From: Macrostomum lignano
Taxonomy: Eukaryota
Length of the DNA: 64,000 bases
Assembly: GCA_002269645.1 (NCBI GenBank)
Contig: NIVC01003333.1
Coordinates: forward strand, 39,703-103,702
Direction of reading: 5' to 3'
Shown: in pieces, positions 11,450 to 24,794 of the stretch
Position numbering within the stretch: position 1 is the stretch's first letter
How the letters are laid out: each line of letters starts with the position of its first letter
Notes under the pieces: model-generated
Databases searched by the model: none
What the model saw: only the letters and a program-made list of their open reading frames with translations
What the model was told of the DNA's origin: nothing
Program-made: the position numbers and the translations under genes

Positions 11450-12144
11450 GTCTTTGGTCTTCAAAACCATGGTCAGCAGTGCTACGCAATTGTTTTTGTA
11501 CTGCTTCACTGCATCAGCAGCAAAGTCCAGCTCTTTCAGCCGCTCAGAGGTGGGGCAGTGAACATCGCAATGACAAACCTGATGACGTCTATGGCGACTG
11601 AGCAAGCGTAGATCAACTTTTCGAAGCCAACCGAAGCCGATATCCGCAGCAGTTTGCGCCAAGACAGCAACACTGCTGCTAACAGTGCATTCTGCCAGAG
11701 TCGCAGCAGCAGCGTCATTGCCTAATCGAATTTACACGTGCGGTAGTTGCCTGACTAGCACGGATGAGCTGCCCATAGGAGTTCTGGATAGTCGTATCCT
11801 CAGCATCTCCTTGCAGGAGTTTTCAACCGCGCCGTTAATTCTAGACGGTCTCTACGCTGCTTTTACGGCACCAAAGCACGTCCCATGCACCAACACCAAC
11901 TGTGCAGCTGATCAGGTCTCTAACGGCAGAGTGACCCTGATGCATATAGATCGCATTGGAACCGATGGTCAAAAACTGAATACGCAAGTCTGTTGGACAA
12001 TCCGAGCAGGTAACATCTCCAGCTTGGGATGTCCAATGTTCACAGTGTCCCATTACGGTATAGTACGCCCTTGGAAGGGCACTATACATCTTGTGTCCTG
12101 AAAGATAGAGTATGGAATAAGCTGGACGACATGAGAGTTCCAAA
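11450..12144 (+). pseudogene. Decayed USP/C19 peptidase remnant (copy 3)
   Basis: Same Cys box and His box as copy 1. Confidence 0.7.
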
Positions 12145-12738
12145 AAACTACAATCCATTCGTTCATGAGCAATCCAAGGACCACTGAAGTCACTTCATTA
12201 AACTTAGTTGTCCTTGGAGCCCTGCTGCAAGTATAAAGAGACCCATGGGATCATCTGCGAGAATGTTTACACAAAAACCCTTTCTGCAAACTAATGACCA
12301 TACCGTTTCATTTTGTTTAAAAAAGCATCCGGAGCCTTGCTTTGGGCTCCATTCTAGAGACTTAAGTTGACATGAGATTCCCATTTTATCCCCTTTATCC
12401 CCTGGGACCCCAAGGAAGGGACCCGGATGGGATGTCTCGGCGATTCTAGTCGTCTGGGCCGACAAGTTATCGATTGCAGTCGGTTTGGTCCGGAGCTGAA
12501 CTTCGGGCTCCATTCTGGTGCTTAAGTTGACATCCCCTTTGCTCTCAGAGTTTCTTCCCCAAAACAAGAAAAGCCAAGAAACAGCGCTTAATGCAATCAC
12601 CGAAGTGAACTCGGATATTCGAAAAGTCACTGTTTATTTTTCATATTCCACACAGAGATCTTTCAGTAAGTATTGTCAGTAGCATTCTGACGGCGTGAGC
12701 TGTGCAGAACGCAGAATAGAACTCGTTGCTTTTCATCT

Positions 12739-12888
12739 CTACCTCCTGCAAGTGTCGCCCTTGCATGACGGCGAATCACCGAGGCAGATCTCGTTTATGC
12801 AGTAACAGAGTGGACCACAGAGATCATCTGCATTTACAGTTGCCAACAGCGCAACGATGAGGACCAACAGAGCAAACAGAACTCGCAT
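12739..12888 (-). CDS. Secreted six-cysteine peptide precursor, copy 3
   Basis: Translation identical to copy 1. Confidence 0.85.
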   Translation of the reverse strand: MRVLFALLVLIVALLATVNADDLCGPLCYCINEICLGDSPSCKGDTCRR

Positions 12889-14043
12889 GCTGTTTCTTGA
12901 AGATGTGAACTTGTTGCAGCCGATAATCTTGTAGGAGGATTTGTAGGCTTGATTTTGTGCCATTGCTCAGTGTTATATTTATAGATTCAAGATCCCATAA
13001 AACACGGCTGCAATCGTTTAAATCACGCACTGCTTGTCAAGCAGCTCCCAGAAAATTATTCGACTTTCTGCTCAGGTTGCAATAAATTTTCATGTCCCTG
13101 GATTGAGTTTGATTGATGAAGCAGAGTTAATTCGCATGGCGTTAACTAAGATTTGAAATTTTCTCCACGCCTGCAAAAATAAGCGAAACTGGCTTAGATG
13201 CAATCCATCTGCTTTTGAGCTGTGTGCTGGCACGCTGGAGGCTGTTCATACGGACTTTTGTTCGTTACCATGACAACAAAATCTCAATCTTTTGCGGTTC
13301 CTCCAAAATCTCCTAAAAATCTACCTGTAAATGTTCATATACTACATATACTATATACTATACTCATATACTATACTAGCTAAACAGAGTTTCATGATTG
13401 ACAAGCTCTTAATCTCTGAAGCTCTTAGATTCCAAGTTCGATGCAAAACAACTCAAGAAGGCGCTATCGAACGTGACAGAAGCACATGACCGTTGGCCCT
13501 GCTTTCAGGAAGCGGCACTGAGCTGGCAACATAAAATTTTGTACAAATTTAGTCGAAAATTAAAAAATCGATCACATATATCTACCGACAAACCATTTTT
13601 AGTACGAGTATAGTGTGTTAAATCGACTAACTCTTCGAAACCAACAAGTAATTAAGTAGGCAAAATCGGATGTCTGTAGCCTTCAATACCTCTGCGTTCT
13701 CGCGAACGCAAACAAAACAAACAAGTTAGCAAAAACACGCTTACCAAAAATCACGCCTTTTTTAATTATTATTTAACGTGGGGTGGGGTTAGCAAATTGA
13801 GGGGGTTGGCTCATGTACATTAAATCAAGAAAAAATACATGTACAATTAACTAAGTAAAACCCCAAAAATATGACAAACAATGAACCTTCAGAACATAGT
13901 GGAACTTAAATTTTAACCAAATAATACATACAAGTTCCTCTTATAGACTTTTTATTACATGTATGTCTTAGAATGGAATCCGAATTTAATATGTCATATC
14001 TCATACAAAATGATAAGAGAAATGATAAGAGTCTGCAGAATTC

Positions 14044-14295
14044 GAGTCAGAAGAGTCCCAGTCAGCAGAGGCCCAGTCAGCAGAGGCCCAGTCAGCAGAG
14101 GCCCAGTCAGTAGAGTCCCAGTCAGTAGAGTCCTAGTCAGCAGAGGCCCAGTCAGCAGAGTCCCAGTCAGTAGAGTCCCAGTCAGTAGAGTCCCAGTCAG
14201 TAGAGTCCCAGTCAGTAGAGTCCCAGTCAGTAGAGTCCCAGTCAGCAGAGTCCCAGTCAGTAGAGTCCCAGTCAGCAGAGGCCCAGTCAGTAGAG
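14044..14295. repeat. 15-bp satellite array (short)
   Basis: Same unit. Confidence 0.95.
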
Positions 14296-14553
14296 TTTTT
14301 AATTATGACTTTACTCTCAGAGCTGCTCTCAGAAGTTCGTGAAAGCACGAAATTTGCTCTCAGAGTTTCTTCCCCAAAACAAAAAAAGCCAAGAAACAGC
14401 GCTTAATGCAATCACCGAAGTGAACTCGGATATTCGAAAAGTCACTGTTTATTTTTCATATTCCACACAGAGATCTTTCAGTAAGTATTGTCAGTAGCAT
14501 TCTGACGGCGTGAGCTGTGCAGAACGCAGAATAGAACTCGTTGCTTTTCATCT

Positions 14554-14703
14554 CTACCTCCTGCAAGTGTCGCCCTTGCATGACGGCGAATCACCGAGGC
14601 AGATCTCGTTTATGCAGTAACAGAGTGGACCACAGAGATCATCTGCATTTACAGTTGCCAACAGCGCAACGATGAGGACCAACAGAGCAAACAGAACTCG
14701 CAT
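14554..14703 (-). CDS. Secreted six-cysteine peptide precursor, copy 4 (unit without the Spy-like insertion)
   Basis: Identical translation; AAATTT site empty at 14350-14355. Confidence 0.85.
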   Translation of the reverse strand: MRVLFALLVLIVALLATVNADDLCGPLCYCINEICLGDSPSCKGDTCRR

Positions 14704-15534
14704 GCTGTTTCTTGAAGATGTGAACTTGTTGCAGCCGATAATCTTGTAGGAGGATTTGTAGGCTTGATTTTGTGCCATTGCTCAGTGTTATATTTATAGA
14801 TTCAAGATCCCATAAAACACGGCTGCAATCGTTTAAATCACGCACTGCTTCTCAAGCAGCTCCCAGAAAATTATTCGACTTTCTGCTCAGGTTGCAATAA
14901 ATTTTCATGTCCCTGGATTGAGTTTGATTGGTGTATTAGAGTTATTTTGGATACATACATGTAGATAGATACCTACCGACAAACAATTTTTAACATATTG
15001 ACTAGCCATTTAGCCCCCCCCCGGCTGGGGGGCCATAAAAATGACACAAATTGGTTTTTATTTTGGCCCAAAGGTAACCATTAATTTCCATTTCCATTAA
15101 TAAAAAATTAAGTTTTCTGATTTTGGCAAAAATAAATTGACATGAATCAAAACTTACACCAGCCAAAAAAGTTTCCTTCATCAGGCCAAAACCCTTTTTC
15201 AATCAGCAAATATTCTTATCCTTTCAAGCACAAACTCTTAAAACATGTCGTCATTGGCCTGGGCATATTCTGGTCCGCAGCAGGAGCTCAATATGCCAAT
15301 CCCTGACGGCCTTACACCTCTCTTTTTTAGCCAAAGTCAAAGAACCAATAAGCATTAACCTTCAATAAATACGCTGGTATTTCCTATATTTCCTATTAGC
15401 AGAAATCAGCATCACTTGTGTGTACTATTTCAATATCAAATATTCAAATTAAATGAGCTACTTGTGCCATACTACTTGACGATCTGACAATCGCTCAACA
15501 ATCCAACCCCCTCCCCCAACAATTCAGCGATCCT

Positions 15535-16140
15535 TCATGAGCCTTGATATCTCAGCAATTCCCCCAGTAAGCCTCGAAATCGCAGCAATTAATCATCTAC
15601 GCAATTCTCCCAGCCCAGTAAACTTTGACATGTCAGCAATTCCCTCAGGAAGCCTTGAAATCTCAGCAATTTCCTCAATAAGCCTCGACATCGCAGCAAT
15701 TACTTCAGCCTTGACATCTTCGCAATTCTCCCAGCCCAGTAAGCCTTGACATACATCCCAACAACCCAACTCCCCTCCCCCAACAATTCAGCCATCCCCC
15801 ATGAGCCTTAATATATCAATAATTAAGTCATCTCCCATGAGCCTTGATACCTCAGCAATTCCCATAGTAAGTCTTGACATCTCAGAAATTTCCTCAGTAA
15901 GCCTTGGCATCTCAGCGATTCCCCCAGTAGGCCTTGGCATCTCAGAAATTTCATCAGTGAGCCTTGACATCTCAGCGATTCCCCCAGTAAGCCTTGGCAT
16001 CTCAGAAATTTTATCAGTGAGCCTTGACATCTCAGCGATTCCCCCAGTAAGCCTTGGCATCTCAGAAATTTTATCAGTGAGCCTTGACATCTCAGCGATT
16101 CCCCCAGTAAGCCTTGAAATCTCAGAAATTTCTTCAGTAA
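15535..16140 (+). repeat. 30/60-bp minisatellite (AGCCTTGACATCTCAGCGATTCCCCCAGTA / AGCCTTGGCATCTCAGAAATTTTATCAGTG)
   Basis: Alternating 30-bp subunits, more degenerate at the left. Confidence 0.9.
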
Positions 16141-17384
16141 GACTTGGCGGCATCATGGCGGTGAACCATTGCTAAACTGCTGGTGAACCATTGCTAAAGT
16201 GATAGGGAACCACTGTACTTTTTTTATAAATCCTACTTTAAACAAAAGAAAACACAACGAAAGAAAAAGCGAAAAAGAATCACCATGTCAACCATAAAAA
16301 AGCGGTCTGTCGAGCATAAAAGACTCCATGGGAATTGCTAAAATGTCTGGGCTGGTATGGGAAATTGCTTTGATGTCAAGACTCATATAGGAGAATTTCC
16401 AAGATCTCAAGGCTTAGGGGGGAATTGCTATAATGATTTGATTCTGGGGAGAATCGCTTTGATTTCAAGTTTCATTTGTGAAATTGCTGAGTTATATAAA
16501 GGCTCATTGGAAAATTGCTTTGCTGTCAAAGCTCATTGGGATAATTACTGGAATGCTGTGGCTGTTGGGGAATGGCATAGATTGATAGGGTAAGGTATAT
16601 GTAAGGGTTAAACCATAAATGAATCGGCCTGTCAAACATTAAGACTCATCAAGGAATGTCAAAGCTCATGGGGGATATCTGGATTATACTGTGGCTCAAG
16701 GCTCAGGGAAACGCTGTGATTGCAAGACTTGGGGATATTGCCTAAATTTTGTGGCTCAATTTGGAGTTTCTGAGATATCAAGGCTCATTATGGAATCATG
16801 AAATGTCAATGCTCACGGGGGATCCCTGTAATGCTGTAGACTGTGGCTCTTTGGGTATTGCTGAGATGCTAAGGTTTACAGGACACATGAGACTGGCTGA
16901 GATGTCAAAGGCTCATAAGGGAATAGCTGAAATTCACGAATTGTCAAGAGTAATTGCTGAAATTCTGTAGTTCATATTGAGAATTGCTGAGATGCTGTGA
17001 CTTGGCAGGTTTAGGGTTAGGGTTCAACAATAAGACTCATGTAAATTGCCAAGATATCAAAAGGTTAGCCGCTAAATTTTAAGGCTCATTGGGGAAAGTT
17101 TTAGATTTCAAAAGCTCATGGTGGAATTGCTGAAATTCTTGGGCTGAGAAGGAGCTGCTGAACTGCTGTGACTCGGCTGCAGGTTAAGGGCTATGGTTTG
17201 GGTTCAATTATAAAACAATCGTCGTGTCAGACATAAAGGATTCCTGGTGGAATTGCTAAGATTAAAGGCTCATGGGGTGAATTATTATACTTACAGATAA
17301 ATGCTTTGTCTTGCTTGCAGAATTGCTTGCAGGTCAAAGCTTTCGGCGAAATATAGATTTAAAGGCATATGAGGCTTATGATAA

Positions 17385-17780
17385 TTGATGAGATGCCAAG
17401 GCTTACTGGGGGAATCGCTGAGATGTTAAGGCTTACTGAGGAAATTTCTGAGATGCCAAGGCTTACTGGGGGAATCGCTGAGATGTCAAGGCTTACTGAT
17501 GAAATTTCTGAGATTCCAAGGCTTACTGGGGGAATCGCTGAGATGTCAAGGCTTACTGATGAAATTTCTGAGATTTCAAGGCTTACTGGGGAATCGCTGA
17601 GATGTCAAGGCTTACTGATGAAATTTCTGAGATTTCAAGGCTTACTGGGGGAATCGCTGAGATGTCAAGGCTTACTGATGAAATTTCTGAGATTTCAAGG
17701 CTTACTGGGGGAATCGCTGAGATGTCAAGGCTTACTGATGAAATTTCTGAGATGCCAAGGCTTACTGATGAAATTTCTGG
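17385..17780 (-). repeat. Same 30/60-bp minisatellite in inverted orientation
   Basis: GCTTACTGGGGGAATCGCTGAGATGTCAAG is the reverse complement of the 15535-16140 unit. Confidence 0.9.
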
Positions 17781-18193
17781 CAATGGTTCACTGGCACTGT
17801 TCCGCAAAATCTGCAAGCAGATGGTCACTCATCTCCATATGCTTCTTCAATAATCAAAACCATTCGAAATATTTGCAACTTGCACTTTAAATTTGATTTG
17901 CAATCCTCTTGCATTTTTATTACTTCATTGTAAGTCAGATTAGCACTGCTCACCCAGATTACTAATACCCTTAGCAAATTAGCACATACAGCAGATTAGC
18001 ACTGCTCTAGAATACTAACGCGGCCCCTAGCAAAAGTATCTTTTAATTAAATGTTTAACATCTCCATGAATCTGCATCGGATACAATCATTATTATCACA
18101 GGTCACAAAGAAAAATTCTTTGCTTCAATGCAGACTCGAACTCGACATTCTGCTTAGCTTCTGCCTGATACTGACTGCCTACTGCGGCTATTG

Positions 18194-18388
18194 TGCCAGT
18201 CAGTAGAGTCCCAGTCAGTAGAGTCCCAGTCAGCAGAGGCCCAGTCAGCAGAGGCCCAGTCAGCAGAGGACCAGTCAGCAGAGTCCCAGTCAGCAGAGGC
18301 CCAGTCAGCAGAGGCCCAGTCAGCAGAGGACCAGTCAGCAGAGTCCCAGTCAGTAGAGTCCCAGTCAGTAGAGTCCCAGTCAGTAGAG
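18194..18388. repeat. 15-bp satellite array
   Basis: Same unit, followed by the same anchor and an empty AAATTT site (18443-18448). Confidence 0.95.
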
Positions 18389-18566
18389 TTTTTAATTATG
18401 ACTTTACTCTCAGAGTTGCTCTCAGAAGTTCGTGAAAGCACGAAATTTGCTCTCAGAGTTTCTTCCCCAAAACATAAAAGCCAAGAAACAGCGCTTAATG
18501 CAATCACCGAAGTGAACTCGGATATTCGAAAAGTCTTCATTAAAGCTAACAAACGGTCGATACCAG

Positions 18567-19631
18567 GTGGGTATTCCTTGGAAGCCAGAGGCAAAAGTTC
18601 ACTCGAATAACTATGAGATGGCAATCAAACGGCTTTGCAACACGGAGACCCGGTTGAAGAAGGATCTGGAGGTGGAAAAGCAATACCAAGCATGTCTAGA
18701 GCGATATGAGCAGCAATGTTACATCTGGCGCGTTGCAGCAGAAGAGCTCTCGGCCAGAAGGTGTTTCCTGCCGCATTTCCCGATCTACAAGCTGACGACA
18801 GAGGTTCGGATCGTCTTCAATGCCTCAGCGGACTTCAGCAAGCCTGTTCAAATTTTCGAGTTCAACCGCATCGTTTTCGGCAACTTGAGCTCGCCGTTTC
18901 TTGCTCAGTTCGTAGTTCGTGAGCATGCAGAACGCCTGAAAGAAGAGCTGTCGTTAGCTGCAGATGCTGTTCTCAACTCCACCAATGTGGACGATTGCTT
19001 AGATTCGGTCGGGTCAAAGACTGAGGCGATCCAGCTGTTTCAAGAGTTGAAGACTCCCTGGGAGCGTGCAGGCATGCACCGCAGGAAATGGATGTCCAAT
19101 TTGCGAGAACTGTTGAGCAGAGTGCCACCAGAAGATCCAGTAGCGGAAGTAACATTGGAAGTGACACCGGCGCCATCCGTCAAGACGCTTGGTGTAGGAT
19201 GGAGAGGCGATCGGAACGAGTGCGCTTTTAAAGTTGACCAACCGTTAGCTGCGAACCGCATCGGAGAGACCAAGTCCGTCAGAGATCCGGACCAGTGGAG
19301 GTGTGTCACGACCGAAGTCCATCCAGCCGACGCGTTGTCTCGAGGCACTTCAGCGAAGCAGCTGACGGAGGCTGACAGCTGGTGGCATGGACAAAGGGTG
19401 ACTGGTCGGAGCACAGTCGTTAGCATCAATGAGGAACGATCGGCGGTCAGACGATCAGACCCGGCCATGGCGACCAGGTTCTCGAGCTCAAAGCGGCGCA
19501 TCTGCATGCAAGGCGAGGCAGCTCGATTCGCGACCACCCGCTGGCTGCCGCGGAGAGACGGGTGCGAGTTGCAAATGAGCAGCTGGTTGGCAAGGCCCCC
19601 GCGAGGCCGACTGCGAGGCTGCGTCCGCTAA
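18567..19631 (+). pseudogene. Internally deleted BEL/Pao LTR-retrotransposon pol fragment (RT plus RNase H/A17 region)
   Basis: [49 protein letters not shown] (YVDD equivalent), KWMSN, KTLGVGW, HPADALSRG...WWHG. These are Pao-typical motifs with large internal deletions. Confidence 0.85.
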
Positions 19632-20684
19632 TCACGAAGGGAGGCTTGAGAGCTGACTGACTAAGTTGAGATTTTGGACAAACTTTAATTTATTGAAAGT
19701 TGTGCGACTTAGCGATTATTTACTCAACTTTTGATTAGCTGTTGTGTGCGTTTCAATTTTCAATGTTTGCAGGGTTTCAAGCGATTTTGGTGATGAGATA
19801 ACGCAAATTTTTCTCTTGTTGCTTTCAAAAGTTTTGCTTCCCTGCGCATAAAATCCGTTTTTTGGTTCTATCAAATTGTATTTTTGTGTTTTCGCTATGG
19901 TTTGTTGTGTTTGCTTTTTCCGCCTTTTTGTTTTCTGCGCGTTTTTGTTATCAGTGTTTTGCTATTTTGCGTACTTTGCGAAGTTTTCCCATACTCTGTT
20001 CGACAAGTTTTCCTATTTTTCAGCGCTTATCCTGCTCATTTCAATCACAATGTAGGCTACGTTTCAGATGCAACCCCGTTTGTTAATCCAGTTCGAATAT
20101 TTATCGCGTCCCCGTGATTCGTTTACTGCACCTACGAGCGTAATTATTTGATCCTATTTTCACTTTGTCATTTTGTCGAGCGTATTTCATCCTAGCGATT
20201 CAACTTTTTCCTGACAAGTACGCGGTAATAATTTAGGTTTTCAATTTTCGTGATCTTTGTTCGAGGTGCTCTTTGTTTTGTTGGCATGTGCTCATGCCAA
20301 GAAGGGAGGTATGGATTGAAGGGTAAAGGTTTTCTTTGCATCATTTTATGAGTACGACTGCACTGACTCAAAATCGTTGATTGTACGTCTGTACTTTTAC
20401 TCATACTCATGCTTCGCCTATTGCACCTGCCCCCCTCCGCGCCTCACGCCTTCATATTGATTTATTAATACGTACATTGCAAGTCATGCGTACTTACAAC
20501 CCCCCCCCGCTAAAGCCTGTGTCAACATCGCCATATACTACATTGAGAATAAATATATCTAGCTCAGGGTAGACTGCGCGATACCCTTTGATTTTGTTGT
20601 CTGCTACGATTGTCAATTGCGAGGCCAGCCGCCAAGTGCTGAGTTCTCGATTCTTGGGATTCTCTTGTCAACACTCATGACAGC

Positions 20685-21107
20685 GTAGCGCTGGAGACTG
20701 TAGCCGTGATGCCAATAGCGCTCATTACAGTTAGCGCTGGAGACAGTGGCCGTGATGCCAATAGCGCTCATTACAGTTAGCGCTGGAGACAGTAGCCGTG
20801 ATGCCAATAGCGCTCATTACAGTTAGCGCTGGAGACAGTGGCCGTGATGCCAATAGCGCTCATTACAGTTAGCGCTGGAGACAGTGGCCGTGATGCCAAT
20901 AGCGCTCATTACAGTTAGCGCTGGAGACAGTAGCCGTGATGCCAATAGCGCTCATTACAGTTAGCGCTGGAGACTGTAGCCGTGATGCCAATAGCGCTCA
21001 TTACAGTTAGCGCTGGAGACTGTAGCCGTGATGCCAATAGCGCTCATTACAGTTAGCGCTGGAGACAGTAGCCGTGATGCCAATAGCGCTCATTACAGTT
21101 AGCGCTG
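20685..21107. repeat. 46-bp tandem repeat (~9 copies)
   Basis: CTGGAGACAGTAGCCGTGATGCCAATAGCGCTCATTACAGTTAGCG; period 46 measured at 20705/20751/20797. Confidence 0.95.
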
Positions 21108-21816
21108 AAGCTCGCTGGTGAAGGATGCTGAGACTCTCTGAGCTGCTTTCGCACGACTCCACACGCCCTTCCCTCTGCCTACCCTCCCGCTTTGTACGAT
21201 TCTGATGTACATGTCTAGGCGGCATCTATAGGATGTTTACACACACGGCTCAGAGCCCCAGGTAGACAGGTGTAAGCGGGTACAGCCACAGGGGTGTTTT
21301 TATAACGAGCTGAGTCAATTACGAGCTGTTACTGAAGTCAGCGTGGCTGAATCGCTTCCCACACGAAAGTGAACATGCAGGACACAGAGTGCACCTAAGT
21401 TTCAGACAGAATATTTGCTCTGAATTAGCAATTCAGAGGCTTGTAAATGCAACTTTGCAAAATTTTTATCAATTCTAAAGAAACTAAAGAAATCTCAATT
21501 GATTTTCTAAGCGATCTAGCAATGAAAACGCGATTGTAGCAGATAAAACGGCAAAAAGTTTTTAATTACGACTTTACTCTCAGAGTTGCTCTCAGAAGTT
21601 CGTGAAAGTACGAAATTTGCTCTCAGAGTTTCTTCCCCAAAACAAGAAAAGCCAAGAAACAGCGCTTAATGCAATCACCGAAGTGAACTCGGATATTCGA
21701 AAAGTCACTGTTTATTTTTCATATTCCACACAGAGATCTTTCAGTAAGTATTGTCAGTAGCATTCTGACGGCGTGAGCTGTGCAGAACGCAGAATAGAAC
21801 TCGTTGCTTTTCATCT

Positions 21817-21966
21817 CTACCTCCTGCAAGTGTCGCCCTTGCATGACGGCGAATCACCGAGGCAGATCTCGTTTATGCAGTAACAGAGTGGACCACAGAG
21901 ATCATCTGCATTTACAGTTGCCAACAGCGCAACGATGAGGACCAACAGAGCAAACAGAACTCGCAT
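21817..21966 (-). CDS. Secreted six-cysteine peptide precursor, copy 5 (type-B unit)
   Basis: Identical translation; empty AAATTT site at 21613-21618. Confidence 0.85.
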   Translation of the reverse strand: MRVLFALLVLIVALLATVNADDLCGPLCYCINEICLGDSPSCKGDTCRR

Positions 21967-22780
21967 GCTGTTTCTTGAAGATGTGAACTTGTTGCAGCCG
22001 ATAATCTTGTAGGAGGATTTGTAGGCTTGATTTTGTGCCATTGCTCAGTGTTATATTTATAGATTCAAGATCCCATAAAACACGGCTGCAATCGTTTAAA
22101 TCACGCACTGCTTGTCAAGCAGCTCCCAGAAAATTATTCGACTTTCTGCTCAGGTTGCAATAAATTTTCATGTCCCTGGATTGAGCTTGATTGATGGTTT
22201 AGAGTTAATTCGCATGGCGTTAACTAACATTTGACATTTTCTCCACCCCTGCAAAATAAGCGAAACTGCATTTGAACTGTGCGCAGGCACGCTGGAGGCT
22301 GTTCACAAGGACTTTTTCTCGTTGCCGAGGCATCAAAACTCTCACCTGCGTGCCGGTTCCTCCAAAATCTAAAAATCGACCTGTAAATGTTCACATACGC
22401 TCGTAAGCTAAACAGATTTTGATGGATTGACAAGCTCTTAATCTCTTAAGCTCTTAGATTTCAACTTCGATGCAAAGCAACTCAAGGGGGCGCTAACGCA
22501 CATGACGGAAGCACATGACCGTTGGTTCTGCTTTCAGGAAGCGACACTGAGCTGCCCACATAACATTTTGTACAAATTGAGTCTCAAATTCTGAATTCAA
22601 TCGCACATTCCTACCGACAAATCAATTTTAGTACGAGTATATAGAATTTAAATTTTCACACAATAACAGATAAAAGAATTCCTTTATAGAATTTTCATTC
22701 ATGTCGTAGAATGAAATTCGTATGTAATGTGTCATATCTCATACACACTGATAAGAGAAATGATAAGAGTCTGCAGAATT

Positions 22781-22941
22781 TCAGTCAGTAGAGTCCCAGT
22801 CAGTACAGTCCCAGTCAGCAGAGTCCCAGTCAGCAGAATTCCAGTCAGTAGAGTGCCAGTCAGCAGAGTGCCAGTCAGTAGAGTGCCAGTCATTAGAGTG
22901 CCAGTCAGTACAGTCCCAGCCAGCAGAGTCCCAGTCAGTAG
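22781..22941. repeat. 15-bp satellite, diverged short array
   Basis: CCAGTCAGTAGAGT(C/G) units. Confidence 0.9.
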
Positions 22942-23189
22942 AAAAACTGTGAAGTTAAGTTCAGTGTGTTGGCGCAGCTCCACACAGCTTCTCCTTTGAT
23001 GAGGATGCATGCTCCGCGCCGTGGGCTTGCCTTGGCGGCTTTTCTTTCAGCGAGGCCACTTCTGCTGTCTAAGGCCCTGCCTGACCGAGAGAGGGCCTTG
23101 GTGAGAGTCACTGTCAGTTTTGGTATCACTGTCTTATGATGAGAGTCACCGTCCATCTTGGCGGGTATCGGTGTCTCTCATGATTAGAG

Positions 23190-23890
23190 TCACTGCAGTA
23201 TCTCTTGGTGAATTTCACTGTCTCGCATGGTGAGTGTCACTGTCTCTCATGGTGCGTGTCACTGTCTCTCATGGTGAGTGTCACTGTCTCTCATGATGAG
23301 TGTCACTGTCTCTCATGGTGCGTGTCACTGTCTCTCATAGTGAGTGTCACTGTCTCTCATGGTGCGTGTCACTGTCTCTCATGGTGAGTGTCACTGTCTC
23401 TCATGATGAGTGTCACTGTCTCTCATGGTGCGTGTCACTGTCTCTCATAGTGAGTGTCACTGTCTCTCATGGTGAATTTCGCTATCTCTCATGGTCAGTG
23501 TCACTGTCTCTCATGGTGAGTGTCACTGTCTCTCATGGTGCGTGTCACTGTCTCTCATGGTGAATTTCGCTGTCTCTCATGGTGAATTTCGCTGTCTCTC
23601 ATGGTTAGTGTCACTGTCTCTCATGGTGCGTGTCACTGTCTCTCATGGTGAGTGTCACTGTCTCTCATGGTGAATTTCACTTTCACTCATGGTGAGTGTC
23701 ACTCTCTCTCATTGTGAATTTCACTGTCACTCATGGTGAATTTCACTGTCTCTCATGGTGAGTGTCACTGTCACTCATGGTGAGTGTCACTGTCTCTCAT
23801 GGTGAATTTCACTGTCACTCATGGTGAGTGTCACTGTCAGTTTAAGTGAGCGCCACTGTCTCATGATGAGTGCCTCATCTCTGGTGAGTG
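23190..23890. repeat. 22-bp satellite (CTGTCTCTCATGGTGAGTGTCA)n
   Basis: Tandem 22-mers with variants. Confidence 0.9.
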
Positions 23891-23925
23891 TCAGTAGTTT
23901 CTCTTTTGGGGAGTGTCACTTCAGT

Positions 23926-24310
23926 TAGCCCTGGAGACAGTAGCGGTGATGTCAATAGCACTCATGACAGCCCTGGAGACAGTAGCGGTGATGTCAATAG
24001 CAATCATGACAGCCCTGGAGACAGTAGCGGTGATGTCAATAGCACTCATGACAGCCCTGGAGACAGTAGCGGTGATGTCAATAGCACTCATGACAGCCCT
24101 GGAGACAGTAGCGGTGATGTCAATAGCACTCATGACAGCCCTGGAGACAGTAGCGGTGATGTCAATAGCACTCATGACAGCCCTGGAGACAGTAGCGGTG
24201 ATGTCAATAGCACTCATGACAGCCCTGGAGACAGTACCGGTGATGTCAATAGCACTCATGACAGCCCTGGAGACAGTAGCGGTGATGTCAATAGCAGCTC
24301 ATGACAGCCT
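23926..24310. repeat. 42-bp tandem repeat (~9 copies)
   Basis: GCCCTGGAGACAGTAGCGGTGATGTCAATAGCACTCATGACA. Confidence 0.95.
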
Positions 24311-24794
24311 ATGCCTTCCTATGCCTGAATCGCTTCTCACACGAAAGTGAACATGCAGGACACAGAGTGCACCAAAGTTTTGGACAGAATATTTGCTCTG
24401 AATTAGCAATTCAGAGGCTTGTAAATGCAACTTTGGAAAATTTTTATCAATTCTGAAGAAACTAAAGAAATCTCAATTGATTTTCTAAGCGATCTAGCAA
24501 TGAAAACGCGATTGTAGCAGATAAAACGGCAAAAAGTTTTTAATTACGACTTTACTCTCAGAGTTGCTCTCAGAAGTTCGTGAAAGTACGAAATTTGCTC
24601 TCAGAGTTTCTTCCCCAAAACAAGAAAAGCCAAGAAACAGCGCTTAATGCAATCACCGAAGTGAACTCGGATATTCGAAAAGTCACTGTTTATTTTTCAT
24701 ATTCCACACAGAGATCTTTCAGTAAGTATTGTCAGTAGCATTCTGACGGCGTGAGCTGTGCAGAACGCAGAATAGAACTCGTTGCTTTTCATCT

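Larger units (their letters stand above)
9974..12537 (+). mobile_element. Spy-like TIR element, copy 3 (2564 bp)
   Basis: Same AAA|GGGG...CCCC|TTT junctions; one extra 161-bp left subterminal repeat. Confidence 0.85.

Noticed and set aside
19640-20560. Possible LTR after the Pao fragment (purine run GAAGGGAGG then TGAGAG)
   Set aside because: No second LTR or clear TG...CA boundary in the window
23888-24350. SPGDSSGDVNSTHD and ALETVAVMSI repeat ORFs (mucin- or antifreeze-like)
   Set aside because: 42-bp satellite open in three frames, and its sister array has a 46-bp non-triplet period
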